64,000 nucleotides of DNA from the human T2T-CHM13v2.0 reference genome, Homo sapiens: the NCBI RefSeq assembly GCF_009914755.1, contig NC_060937.1; one strand, given 5' to 3'. A program made the translations under genes and the position numbers. Positions within the stretch are counted from its first letter, which is position 1, and each line of letters starts with the position of its first letter. A model generated the notes under the pieces. The model did no database searches and was not told the origin of the DNA. It saw only the letters and a program-made list of their open reading frames with translations. Below, piece after piece: positions 29,619-42,233 of the stretch.

Positions 29619-31919
29619 CATCCCACTCCACAAAATATTGGTTTTATCATTTTAAGTGCCTTATATGGCATATATACTGCAGTCTTTCACTAATCTGTTC
29701 AAAGGACAGGTGAGTAGGGATATATGTTTGTTTTCTATGAATCTATATAGAAGAAAAAAATAAACAGATTAAATGAGAAAAGAAAACTCTAAGACAGACC
29801 TATACTCTTAGCAGCTGGGCAAGTGTTGAGGTTAGTTTTGTTCCCACAAGAGATACGTTTGAGGAGTGCAAGTTTTTAATCCAGGAGAATTGCATTTACA
29901 AAGTGACCAGTGAAGCATACATTAATCTCTCTCTCAAAGTTGAGGATAAACACTCTGAGAGGTTAAATACTTGCTCAAATTTAAACCAATGAAAACCACT
30001 ACCACATGCAAGTCTCTGAACTTAAACTTAGTCTTTTAAGAACCAATCTTCATCTTGTGCACTAAAATGCAGCACCTTTACTGCTTAAGTTGTTTAAAGT
30101 CTTTTTAGGTCAATTTTTCCCTAGATAAAATGTAAAGAAATGAAATCTTCTCTGATCCTTGAATGTGTAGCTGGTTATGCTACCAATGGGTTTGCTTATA
30201 GGGATTAAATTTGTAGTTTTTTAATCTCTTAGAGCAGTTCAGTACCAGCTAATTCACAGCATCGTCCAAAATAGGAATTTAGCCTGGACTTAACCAAGGA
30301 TAGCTTTCTTGAGAAGGATTAATCTCATTAGAATCTCTCCATGTAGGCTCTGTTGGTAAGGCTTTTAAATAAATAACTAGGCAATAAAGAAGATGGAAAT
30401 AGCATGATTTATTGTATTTGAAAGTTTCCAAAAGAGAAGAAACTTACCCTCTATAGAATAATTGGTCACCAGAGACTCCAGTGGTCAACTAAACTAGTCA
30501 ATTAACCTAGGAGGTGAGCAGACTTGTAAACTAAAATAACCAATTTCTAAGAACTTTAACCCTTTGGGCATGGATAAATGAAACATGAAGGCCTGGTTAT
30601 AAGACAGTAATACTAGAAATTGATTTTGTTTTCTCTACAGAAAGCACTACAGCAATGATTCTTTCTAGCAACAGTATTTGTTTCATTCTCTAGGCCCTGA
30701 CCTTAGGGACATCAATTGCTTAACCACTGTGTTTTTGTTTGTTCTTTGTTTTGATTTTATAAATCTCAGGTGCAGAGCCTAGAGTTAATCAAATTCCAAA
30801 GTCGTGCACATTATCATTGGAATCCATGTCAGTCTCCTATTGTTTTATTTTAGTTACTACTGTGTCTTCTTATTTTTACTCCCATTTGTGCGTATGTATA
30901 TTAATTTAAGAAAACATTTTTCTGTTATTGATTTTATTCTTGTTTTTGCTTAATTTTACCTGGAACTGTGTATTTTAAGATTCACTCCTATTGTTTTGTG
31001 TGTATCTTAAACATTGCTTTTAAGTGCTTTGTATTTTTTTTATACATAGCCACCATTTTTCACCTGTGCACAAACTGCCAAGGAATCAAACATTCCCTAA
31101 ACATTGATTACTGCAGCTGTTTGGTGGGTCTACCATTCTTCCATAGATTTGTCCAGTAAAGAGAGGACACAATAAGCCCAAATGGATTGATACTGCTTTT
31201 ATATATATACACACACACAGCTTAAGCAAGATCAGCATGGTGCCAGTTACTGTGACCCACAGTTTTCACTGAAGTGCAGAAGCCAGATGACAGATAACAT
31301 AAGCAGTGGGCCACTTTGTCATGGAGGATCAAATTCTAGGCTATAATATAAATATAAATCAGGAGAAAGACAAAGATATTAACTATTAGCACAATGATTT
31401 AATATTTTATCTGCGGTTTTGATAAATGTGAGGAAATAAAATAATAATAATAATAATGGCTATAAATCTTGAAAGAAAAATTTATCGTTACTTGTATGTA
31501 TTATCACCTAATTAGAAAAAACAGCAGATTCTATAGATTAATTAGTAAAATTCAGAGAAGAGAATCTTGCTGGAGCTTCTCAATGCTAGATAGTTGGATA
31601 CCTGAGGATCCCAATTGTGAGGGATCCAGACGTGTATCCTCTCCACTGGCTAATCTTTTTAAATTAGGGCGCTTTTCTTAAAATTAAAGTTAGTTTATTT
31701 ATGGAATTGGATATCCATTGAGGGAAAGAAGTAAATATAAATGAAGAAATCAAAAGTTGTGCCCTAAGGCATTCAAACATTTACAAGCAGTGAATATTAT
31801 ACAAAACCAAAAACAAAATTTTCTAAAATCAAGTACCCCAAAATTTAAAAGAAAATCACATGAATGTGTTCCTAGAAACAAGAAAAAGATAAAGTATTTC
31901 TTTCTGTGAGTTTGCTGTT

Positions 31920-32282
31920 GTTGCTGTTACTGTTGTTTTGTGTGGGTGTGGTTTTTTGTTTTTTTGTTTTTGTGTCTGTTTTGTTTGTTTGTTTGTTTTT
32001 TGAGACAGGCTCTCCATCTGTCACCTAGGCTAGAGTGCAGAGGCATAATCACAGCTCGTTGCAGCCTTGACCTCTTGAGCACAAGCGATCCTCTCACCTT
32101 AGCCTCCAGAGTAGCTGGGATTAGAGGCAGCTGCCACCATGCTCAGCTAATTTTTGTATTTTTTGTACAGATGGGGTTTTGCCATGTTGCCCAAACTGGT
32201 CTCTAACTCCTGAACTCAAGCAATCTGCTTGCCTTGGCCTCCCAAGGTGCTAGGATTACAGACATGAGCCTCCTCACCCAAC
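31920..32282 (-). mobile_element. AluJ with (TTTG)n-type tail
   Basis: tgagacaggctct...cataatcacagctcgttgcagccttgacctc...caagcaatctgcttgccttggcctccc. Confidence 0.9.
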
Positions 32283-32412
32283 TCCAGAGTATTTTATGGA
32301 TAAGAGAGTGATAAAGTATGTCATATGTTACTTCTGAGTCCGAGAAAATGAAGACTGAGGATTGACTTTGGATTTGTTACCCTTGATAACACTGGTGACT
32401 TTAACGATAGCA

Positions 32413-32704
32413 TTTTTTTTTTTTTTTAGATGGAGTCTCGCTCTGTCACCCAGGCTAGAGTGCAGTGGTGCAATCTAGGCTCACTGCAATCTCCGCTTCC
32501 TGGGTTCAAGCGATTCTCCTGCCCCAGCCTCCTGAGTAGCTGGGACTAGGCATGCGCCACCACGCCCATCAAATTTTTGTATTTTTAGTAGAGACGGGAT
32601 TTCACCGTGCTGGCCAGGATGGTCTCCATCTCTTGACCTCGTGATCCACCCGCCTCGGCCTCCCAAAGTGCTGGGATTACAGACGTGAGCCACCACGCCC
32701 AGCC
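32413..32704 (-). mobile_element. AluS (Sc-like)
   Basis: Poly(T) followed by the reverse Alu dimer; TSD ~aacgatagcatttt / aacaatagtcatttt. Confidence 0.92.
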
Positions 32705-32950
32705 AACAATAGTCATTTTTGTTGATGGTGAAATAAAAAAAAAATTGGATTGAAGAAATAATGGGGAAAAGGAGAATTACCCACATACGTATACTCGACT
32801 GCTTTGATAAGTCTGGTTTGCTCATTTGTTTGTTTCTATAATGAGATAAAGGCCAGCTTATTTGTTGACTGATGAGCACAACATAGTAAATAGGAAAAGG
32901 GAATTTTGATATGCAAGCGATATTAAAGAGGAAGAGTGGAGTTACATCCT

Positions 32951-33520
32951 TGTTGTAGATTAGTTTCCCTGAGAAGCAGACACTGAACTATGTATTTTCA
33001 TACAGGAAGCGTACTGGGGAACGCTTTCAGGATGAAGCCTGTGGGCAGGGCAGGCGTCATGAGTGTGTGACCTATGCTATAGGGCACAGGTCTCTGTGTT
33101 TAGAAGGGTTTCAGTTTTGGTTTAATGCTCTGTTTTCAGAATGTTGATTTTTTAAATTATTTTTGACCAACGGGTCCCCCAGTTTCAATTTTCACTGAAA
33201 CCTAAAATTTACGTAGTCAGTCCTATCCATGGGGGAGCCATAGATCCAAAGCCAGTCAAACAAGGAACTCTCTAAATTTCTGGTTACTCTTCACAATTGT
33301 CTAGCATTGGAGTGAGAGATCCAGACTTGTATTCCCTCCGTTAGCCAATCTTTGTAAGCTGGCTGCCTAGAAAAGGGTGCATAGCCTTGGGCAAGACACC
33401 TCTCTTTAGAAGAGGGAAAATCCTGGACAGAGACACAGATAAGGGATGTTAGCCATAAGACTACCAGCCACTGGGGAAGAGTGCTTCAGTCTTGGAGGAG
33501 GATGAAGGTAGCATCAGTGG
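32951..33520 (-). mobile_element. ERVL LTR (LTR33-like) interrupted by MER45A
   Basis: tgttgtagattagtttccctgagaagcagacactgaa...actggggaacgctttcaggatgaagcctgtg resembles the reverse LTR33 terminus. Confidence 0.5.
33046..33225 (+). mobile_element. MER45A hAT-family MITE
   Basis: ~180 bp; cagggcaggcgtcatgagtgtgtgacc...ttggtttaatgctctg...acgtagtcagtccta with degenerate TIRs; approximate 8-bp TSD cctgtggg/tccatggg. Confidence 0.75.
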
Positions 33521-34323
33521 ATTACAATCCTTGAGTAGAAGACAGTGCACAAATATGGTGCACAAGGTCATGGCCTTGACTATAAGAGTTCCACATTGTA
33601 ACGGGGAGAAGTCAATGATATATGCCCGCAGATAGGTGGAGCTGGAGGATGCAGTTTGTGGAAGATACTTTTTTTTTCTGATTACTTCTATGTATTCAGT
33701 AAAATAACAAACAAGATCATCAACTGGCAGTAGGATGGTGAGTTGATTTAGAATTCAGCCATGAACAGCACCAAAAACATAGAAGAGGGATAGTAGATCA
33801 ATCTTGAAAGTATAATATTATTCTAGAATTTATACAAACTGTGGGTAACAAATACTGGATGGATGTTTTTTGAGAAGAGGATGTAAAGAGAACAATTTTT
33901 ACAACTCTACAAAATATTAAATGAGCTTAAGGAAAGCATAGGTTTTCACACTGAAAAGTCTGCTGAATTAATAAAAATGATAAATAACGAAAAAGCTCTC
34001 TAACACACACTTGTGCAATTTCCATGCCTCAAAAAGAAGATAAAATCATAAAAGCATAGAGGGAGAAATAATTGAAAGATCACCAACAAAGAGACTGAAA
34101 ATAGAGAAGGTATAACTTTCTAATTAGCGCCATAAAAAAGGATGTTGGATCAGTGCTTTAAATTGCTGGGGGAATGTTTTAAAATTGCATATTCAGAGAT
34201 ATTTTTCATCAGTGAAAGCAAAACAAATGCATTATCAAAATGTTCAATTGCTAAGGTGTTTTTCCTCCCATAAAACTGCCATGGAAACTACTTAAGAAAA
34301 ACCTGCAGTGAAACAATGGAGAG

Positions 34324-34603
34324 GGCCGGGCGCGGTGGCTCATGCCTGTAATCCCAGCACTTTGGGAGGCCGAGGTGGGCGGATCACGAGGTCAGGAGAT
34401 CGAGACCATCCTGGCTAAAACTGTGAAACCCCGTCTCTACTAAAAATACAAAAAATTAGGTGGGCGTGGTGGCGGGCACCTGTAGTCCCAGCTACTCAGG
34501 AGGCTGAGGCAGGAGAATGGCGTGAACCTGGGAGGCGGAGCTTGCAGTGAGCCGAGATCGCGCCACTGCACTCCAGCCTGGGCGAAAGAGCGAGACTCTG
34601 TCT

Positions 34604-34634
<31 letters not shown>
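34324..34634 (+). mobile_element. Young AluY
   Basis: CpG-rich near-consensus body (gagatcgagaccatcctggcta, gagaatggcgtgaacc), 30 uninterrupted A (34605-34634), TSD gaaacaa(t/c)ggagag. Confidence 0.95.
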
Positions 34635-34636
<2 letters not shown>

Positions 34637-34655
34637 AACAAAGAAACAACGGAGA

Positions 34656-34795
34656 GGCTGGGCGTAGTTGCCCACGCCTGTAATCCTAGCATTTTGGGAG
34701 GCTGAGTCAGGAGGATTGCTTGGGCTCAGGAGTTCGAGACCAGCTGGGCAACATTGTGAGACTTCATCTATATCTATTTTTTTAAATAATAAATG
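34656..34795 (+). mobile_element. FLAM / AluJ left monomer
   Basis: ggctgggcgtagttgcccacgcctgtaatcctagc...ggaggattgcttgggctcaggagttcgagacc; no right arm. Confidence 0.85.
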
Positions 34796-36572
34796 CATAA
34801 GTAAGTCAAGGGCGAACTCTAAGAATGTGGAAGCCATAAGGCTCAGGAAACAGAGATTCTAAACCCAGAGTACATCCCAGAATGACGGCAGAAAAAGAAG
34901 CCTGAGAACAACAATTTGGGAGCAAGAGTTCAAAGAATTCTAGGAGAAATATACTTTGGCAAAAAAATAATTAATTAATTGCCATAATATATGCTATTAT
35001 TGGAAACCTGAGGAGTAATAAAGAATGTGAACATTCACTGTTCTTTTATGATAAAAATTGTTTAATGAGGCGAAAAATTCTATAAAAATTAAGTGTTTCA
35101 AATATGAAGCAAATTATTATAGGACACATTTCAGCAGCTGGAGATAAATGAATTCGTGTGACTTTAACGGTAAGGACAATTTCCACTGACATGATCAGAT
35201 ACCTTTTATTTCCAATCCAAGTAAAGCAGAGAAGGAAATGTAATCTTAAAATATTATTTGATTTCTCAGCAATAATTAAATAATTAAAAATTACAGTCTT
35301 AACTCTTAAATATTTTTAATTTTTAGAATCTAATGGTGACAATACAAATGTAACTAGAATTATTAATGAGAATATCAACCTGATATATCTTGATCATATA
35401 AAAGTAATGGTGTAGCTGACAAAGTGAGGAGGCACCAAAAAGTACAAGTGGAAGAGGGGATTGGAATGTGAATACTTACGTAGTGGTGAGTTACAAGACA
35501 GAAAAAGACAAGAAAAAAATGTAAAAACCCATGTAACAAACAACTATATGAATGGAAAATTGAATATGGAAACATTTTAAGGAAGATAATTCATCTACAT
35601 TTGGAAAAATCAATGAATAAATGAAATCAATGAAAAATAAAAATCAAATAAATGATTATTTGGAGTTATCTCAGTGATAGGAGGTAAAAATCTACTATGA
35701 ATAATGATAATTTCGAGGAAGGTGAGGAGGACAGGTCTTCTGTAATCTATAAATTATTATGGATAGTCATAACATTTACTTTTATTATATTGATAAAATA
35801 GCTTTAAGTTAATTAAGAAACAGTAAAGTAAGCAAATATATAATAAAAAACATGAGAAAATTATAAATTCCGATGTAGAAGGATGCTTGGATGTGTTGTT
35901 GAGTTAAAAAAAAGGAAGTTATAGAAAATTATGTATAATATAAACTCATTTTTTTAAACTACCAATATATATAGTGTAACTGTGCATATATAAAATTCTG
36001 GCCAAACATACTTGATAAAGTCAATGGTGATTACTAATGGAAAGTGAAAATAGGAAAGTAGTGTGGCCTACAGGGAAGAAATTTAACCACATGAGCCAGA
36101 AACTTTAAGAAAATGTTTTGCAACAAAATTTATACCTTTTGAATTTAAAATTATCAAAATGTAAATAAGATAATTTTTAAAAAACTATCCAAAGAATTTG
36201 AAATACCACTATTGTCAGAAACTTTACCTGTAAAATGCAGGTAGGTTTCTGGTCAAATTTCCTTCTGGCCTAATATGTCTCTAAGGAAAATAAATCAGCA
36301 AAACGCGAAAGTGACTGAGAAAAATGGCATATCTCATTAAATTTTTGAAAAGATTCCCCCCCGCAAAATCATTAGAATTTTAATCAGTGTTTTAAATAAT
36401 TAAATTACTTTGGAGATAAATATTCTGCATAGCTAGTATGTTAAATAAATGACACACATCACGTAGGAATTTTCTACTGTTCATTTAGATTGTTCTTTGC
36501 AGTTAGTTTTTCCCTGCCCATTAGATGAAATTGAGGACATGTCCAGTTGATTTTATGGTCACTATTAGTGAG

Positions 36573-36952
36573 TTTACTAGTCTGCTCAGGCTGCCATGAC
36601 AACATACCATAGACTGGGTACTTAAACAGCAAAAATGTATTTTCTTATAGTTCCAGAGGGTGGACATTCAAGACGAAGTTGGGAGCAGATTCGGTTTTGG
36701 TGAGGGCTCACTTTCTGGATTTCAGACAGCAGCCTTCTCCCTGTGTCCTCATTTCGCCTGTCTTCTGTGCATGTATGCCCCTAATGTCTCTTCCTCCTCT
36801 TACAAAGACAGCAGTCCTATTGGTTTAGGATGTTAGCCTTATAACCTCCTTTAAGTTTAATTATCCCCTTAAGAGCCCATCTCCAAATGCAGTCAATTGG
36901 GGGTTTGAGCTTCACAATATGAATTTTGGGTGCACACGATTCAGTCCATAAC
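36573..36952 (-). mobile_element. MLT1A-like MaLR LTR
   Basis: tagtctgctcaggctgccatgacaacataccatagactggg...cacgattcagtccataaca. Confidence 0.85.
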
Positions 36953-37149
36953 AAAAAGTCAAGACTCTTCCATACACTTTTATGATAAGAATATCTCATG
37001 TCAATAATTAAATGTTGATAAAAATCTCAGGTAAGTAATTAAAATGCCAAGTCAGTTTCTAGCTGGAACTTAGCAATGAGTAAGTGATGTCTTCTCCTTG
37101 TTTATTTTAATCACTCAGATCTTCTACTCCTCCTTTTCATTTCATTTAT

Positions 37150-37290
37150 ATAATTCTATTTGTATAATTATTATGGGTAAATAATAGGTGTATGTATTTC
37201 TGAGGTACAAGTGATGATTTGATGTAGGCATACAATGTGTAATAATCATATCAGGGTAACTGAGGTATTCATCACCTCAAGAATTTACTT
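37150..37290 (-). mobile_element. Short L1MA 3'-end fragment
   Basis: Similar to 20580-20700: taataggtgtatgtattt...ggcatacaatgtgtaataatcatatcagggtaac. Confidence 0.7.
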
Positions 37291-39195
37291 AAACTAACCA
37301 TCTAGTCTTTTCAGATAGATGAATACAAACGTGAACCTTTTAAAGAAAAGCATCTTAATATTGTTATAAATAACGTACAGTTCAATAATTAGAGTTACCT
37401 GCTTATGTATTTCAAGGAACATTATATAGCTAGGAAATGAGAATTTTGTCCTTCAGCTGTTGCCTGTCTGGGCCAGTGCTTGGATACAGATTACTGCCAA
37501 TTATACATGTAATGGAGTACATTTGTGGTTATTACCAGATTAAGATTTGTCATTACAGTTTGTAAATGACCAGTTTCCCTTCACAATTGTGTAGTAATTA
37601 TTGTCAAAATGGAACATCAGCACAACCACTTAAACACATTGTATTTTTTTCTTTTCACAGAAAACAGATGATCTTTAAAATCAGCTATTACCATGGCTAA
37701 TGAACACTTTGTCACAACATAAAGATCCCCTGAATTTCCCTCTAGACTAATCTCATTAAGTCCAAAGCATAACATAAGTTAAATATCCAAGTTATGATCT
37801 ACCAGTAAACTTTCTAGATAGAAGGCCTGTCAAGAAACAGTTAAGAAAACAGATTTCTTAAACTATCACACTCTTTCTCCTTCTCTATATTCAATAAGTT
37901 ACCAGGCTCTGCCTATTATTTTTTTCTTTCCTGTCTTCCCCATTCCTGCTGTTAGCACATCTCTCATGCCATCATCTTCTCTAGAGTAAAAAAAGACTCC
38001 TAATTTTTTTCCATATGCTCAGTCTTTCTCTATCCAGTTACAGATTGTGCTAAATAAAACATAAACTTTATGACCTTAAATATCTTCTCATTAAAATTTT
38101 CCTAGTAGTTCCTGGATAGTATTACCAAAATACTGCACTCACAAGTCAGGATATTTATTTATTCATTCAACCAATATTTATTAAGCACCCTTCTTGGCTA
38201 ATTTTCTCTGTAAATTTAATCCACGGTTAATTGTTGTGTTTACACATTACGATTAACACGTGGGCTTTTAAAAACAAACATGCTTTATTCAGTGGTAAGA
38301 TTTTAATCTGACCTAGTCCTGATCACCTCACTCTGCATTTCAGAATCTTTATTTATATTAAGAGACCCATAATATTCACCAATGTGTATGTCAAATGCTA
38401 TGGATATTTTTATGGCTACGTGTCATTGCAGAGATCCATGTCAATGTCTAAAGTTAAACTATGGCTCAGTGGTGACACAGCTATTTGCCCTGTCCTCTTT
38501 CATTTGCTTTGGTAATGCCATCCTCAAAAATCTAATTCATCCATACTATTTTGGCGGGCTCCAATTCTGCCATGAAAAAGAGTGAAAATTTAGCAGGAAT
38601 CAATAGATGTTAATTTGTCCTTCTTTAACCTCTCCAATCATTTTTTTTGTAACAAACATTTTAAAAATGTTAGAAAAGTTTTAGGTTTACAGAATTATTG
38701 TGATGATGCTATAGAGAGTCTTCATATCACACATTTAATATGCCCTATTAATAATATCTTTATATGAATATGGTATGCTTCATTTGCATGTTTGTTGTAT
38801 CATTTGGGGGATTTTTGTGTGCATTCTTTGAATGTTATGAATACAAGTTATCTATTAGATATGTGTTCTGTAATATTTTGTCTCAGTTTCTGGTTTGTTT
38901 TTACATTTTCTTAATGGTGTCTTTTAAAATCCAGCCTGTCTATTTTTTCTTCATGGATTTTGTTATTGCTCTTGTATTTATAAACTTATGGCCAAACTCA
39001 AGGTAAAGGGATTTTTGGCCCAATCTTTTAAATAATTTTTATAGTTGTGCATTTGACATTTAGATTTATGACCTATTTTGAGTTAATATTTATGAAAGCT
39101 GTAAAGTCTGTGTCAAGGTTCTTTTGTATCTTTTTGTTTTCTTAACAGATGTTAACTTGTTCCAGTACCACTTGGGAAGAATTGACATCTTTTTA

Positions 39196-39443
39196 GGGCA
39201 GTGGTATGATCTCAGCTTACCGCAAACTCCACCATCCAGACTCAGTCGATCCTCCCACCTCAGCTTCTCAAGTAGCTGGGACTACAGGCCCATGCCACCA
39301 CACCTGGCTAATTTTTGTATTTGTTGTAAAGTCAGAGCCTCACTATGTTTCCCAGACTCATCTCGAACTCCCGGACTCCAGTAATCTTCCCACCTCAACC
39401 TCTCAAAGTGCTGGCATTAAAGACGTGAGCCATCACACCTGGC
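39196..39443 (-). mobile_element. AluJ lacking its tail and 3' end
   Basis: Reverse Alu from gcagtggtatgatctc to cacacctggc; flanked by the direct repeat agaattgacatctt (39178-39191, 39444-39457). Confidence 0.85.
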
Positions 39444-40101
39444 AGAATTGACATCTTAACAATATCGAGTCTTCAAATCAATGAACACAGAATGTATTTT
39501 TATTGCTTTAGATTTTCTTAGATTTTTTTTAAAATTGATGTTTTGTAACATTTCACATACAGATCCTGCACGTATTTTGTTAGATTAATACGTAAGTATT
39601 TGAGTTTTTGTGTTGCTATCTTAAGTAATTATGAACTATTCCAATTGTTTATTGCTGATATATAGAAAAGCATTTGATTTCGTATATAACGTTGTATTAT
39701 GCAACCTCTTTAGTATTTCCAATAGATTTTTATTGTTTTTGTTGTTTATTCTTTTGGATATTCTACCTAGATAATCATGCCTTCTGCAAACAGAGATAGT
39801 TGTATTTCTTCTTTTCTAATCTATATTCCTTTTATTTCCTTTTCTTATCCTACCATACTACTAAGAATTCCAGTAGGATATTAAGTGGGAATGATGAGAT
39901 TGGGCAGCCTTGACTTATTCCTGATTTGATGGAAAATCTCCATTCTCTCACAGTTAGGAAAAGAAAGTTCCCTTCTATTCCTAGTTTTAGAGAGGTTTTT
40001 TTTTTCATTATTAACAAGGGTTGGGTTTTGTCAAATGCTTTTTTCTTTGTTTACTGATATGATCAATAGATTCTTCTTTAGTCTGTGCATGTGTTTGGTT
40101 G

Positions 40102-41656
40102 TGATAGCAGTAGCAGCCCATCTGGAGTGGCTGCTGCAAAGACACTGGCTACAGAGTGGGAGGGACAGCCAGGGCTGCTTGCTGCATAGAGCCCATGGGG
40201 GTCAGGAACAGGCAGGAACTGCATCCCCTACTGAGTTAAAGGGGTGGGAGCCCGTGCTCTCCAGCACAGCTGCAGCTGCTGGGCCATGCCTCTGATGCAG
40301 GCATCCCTGCGCCCTAGGGGACCAGGAAGCCCCCCCTGCTCCTGCAGGCTTGGAAGTGCCTGCTCCTGCTCCCAGGGCTCTCCCCACTCCCAGCACCTGC
40401 TCTGATTTCAGAGCCAAGTTGAAGCTGAGCCTGGATGCTGTTGTGACCTGGCCAAGTGTGTGCACCCTTACAGCAGTGCTGACATGCCAGTGCACCACCC
40501 ACCTTCCCCCACCATTGCCTCAGACACCTCTGAAGCTTTGGGCACCCACAAGCTCAGGGAGGGAGGGTTGGGGGTTGATGAAGGTGGCTCAATGCAGGCC
40601 TGCAGGCGCACTCAGCATGAACAGGGTATGTCGATGGCAGGAGACAAACAGGTTCCTGGGCTAAAAGGGGTGGGTACCCTATGTAACTCCACCTTCAAGC
40701 CAGGGATGGCCTAATGCCTGGGGGCTAGGCTGCCAGTTCCCAGTGGAGTCCGAAGCCTAGAGTGATGCTGTTTCCAGCCTGCCAATGGCCACCCATGGAC
40801 CAATCAGCAGGCACTTTCTCCCTTCTGAAACCCATAGAAATCCCAGACTCAGCCAGACTCACAGAGACATTGGGATGATCTGCCTGCAGATAGGAGCTAC
40901 CCACTCTGGGTCTTCTCTCTGCTGAGAGCTGCACAGACCTTAGGATGACCTGCCTGCAGGATAGGAGCCACCACTTTGGATCTCCTGAGAGCTGTTCTGT
41001 TGCTCATTGAAGCTCCTGTCTGCCTAGCTCACCCTCCAGTTGCCTGTGTACCTCATTATTCCTTGACGTAAGACAGAAACTTGGGACCCAGCGAATTATG
41101 GAACTGAAAGAGCTATAACACAAACAGGGGTGAAACACACCCTTTGCTGGCCATGTTGAAGGAGACAGGAAAGAAGAGCTGTGGTCTTTTGGGGACCCCA
41201 GACCTAGGGCCTCCCCAGCCAGGGCTGGGAAACCCTCTTTGTGGCTCTGTGGTTCCTGGCATCTCCAGGCTTCTGGGCACCACTGTGTTCCCCAGGTCCA
41301 GATGCGGATACCCACAGCAGAAGCCACACGCAGTATATCTGGTCCAGCTGCTGCTTACCACGGAGCCAGTAACTGTGTCAGTGCCTGGAGCTGCCCACCC
41401 AATCTCAGCAGCCAGTGTGCCTGGCTGCACACAGTGGCCAGACTCTCCACTTGCTCGCCCATATACCCCTTGCTGCCCCCTGCCTGGCTCGCCCTCAGCA
41501 GGTATGAGATCCAGTCCAGTAGCGTGAGCCAAGCACAGCCTGCTGGGCTGAGTGGGCAGAATGAGCCCAGTGTACACAAGCAATAGTCAGACAGAAGGTG
41601 CCGCCGACGACAGAGTTTTCTGGCTGGCAAAGGGACACCCCAAGGATCCCATGACA
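40102..41656 (+). mobile_element. MER52-type ERV1 solo LTR (~1.55 kb)
   Basis: tgatagcagtagcagcccatctggagtgg...caaggatcccatgaca; exact 4-bp TSD gttg (40098-40101, 41657-41660). Confidence 0.88.
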
Positions 41657-41861
41657 GTTGCAATAATTGATTTTTGAATGCTGGACCAACCATGCATATC
41701 TAGAATAAATCCCTCTTTTTGTTGCATATTATTATTTTTCTACATTTTAGATTCAATATAAATATAAATATAATTTATAATTATATAATCTTAATTATAT
41801 AATTATAAATTATATGATTACAATGTATAATGATATAAATATAAATTATATAATTATATAA

Positions 41862-42162
<301 letters not shown>

Positions 42163-42186
42163 AAGATTATATAATTTTAAATTATA

Positions 42187-42190
<4 letters not shown>

Positions 42191-42231
<41 letters not shown>
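42191..42231. repeat. (TG)20 microsatellite
   Basis: Perfect TG run. Confidence 0.97.

Positions 42232-42233
<2 letters not shown>

Noticed and set aside
32481-32879. 132-aa ORF and other Alu-overlapping ORFs (11550, 24306, 34440, 41880, 55447, 56381)
   Set aside because: Typical Alu-derived translations ([25 protein letters not shown]).
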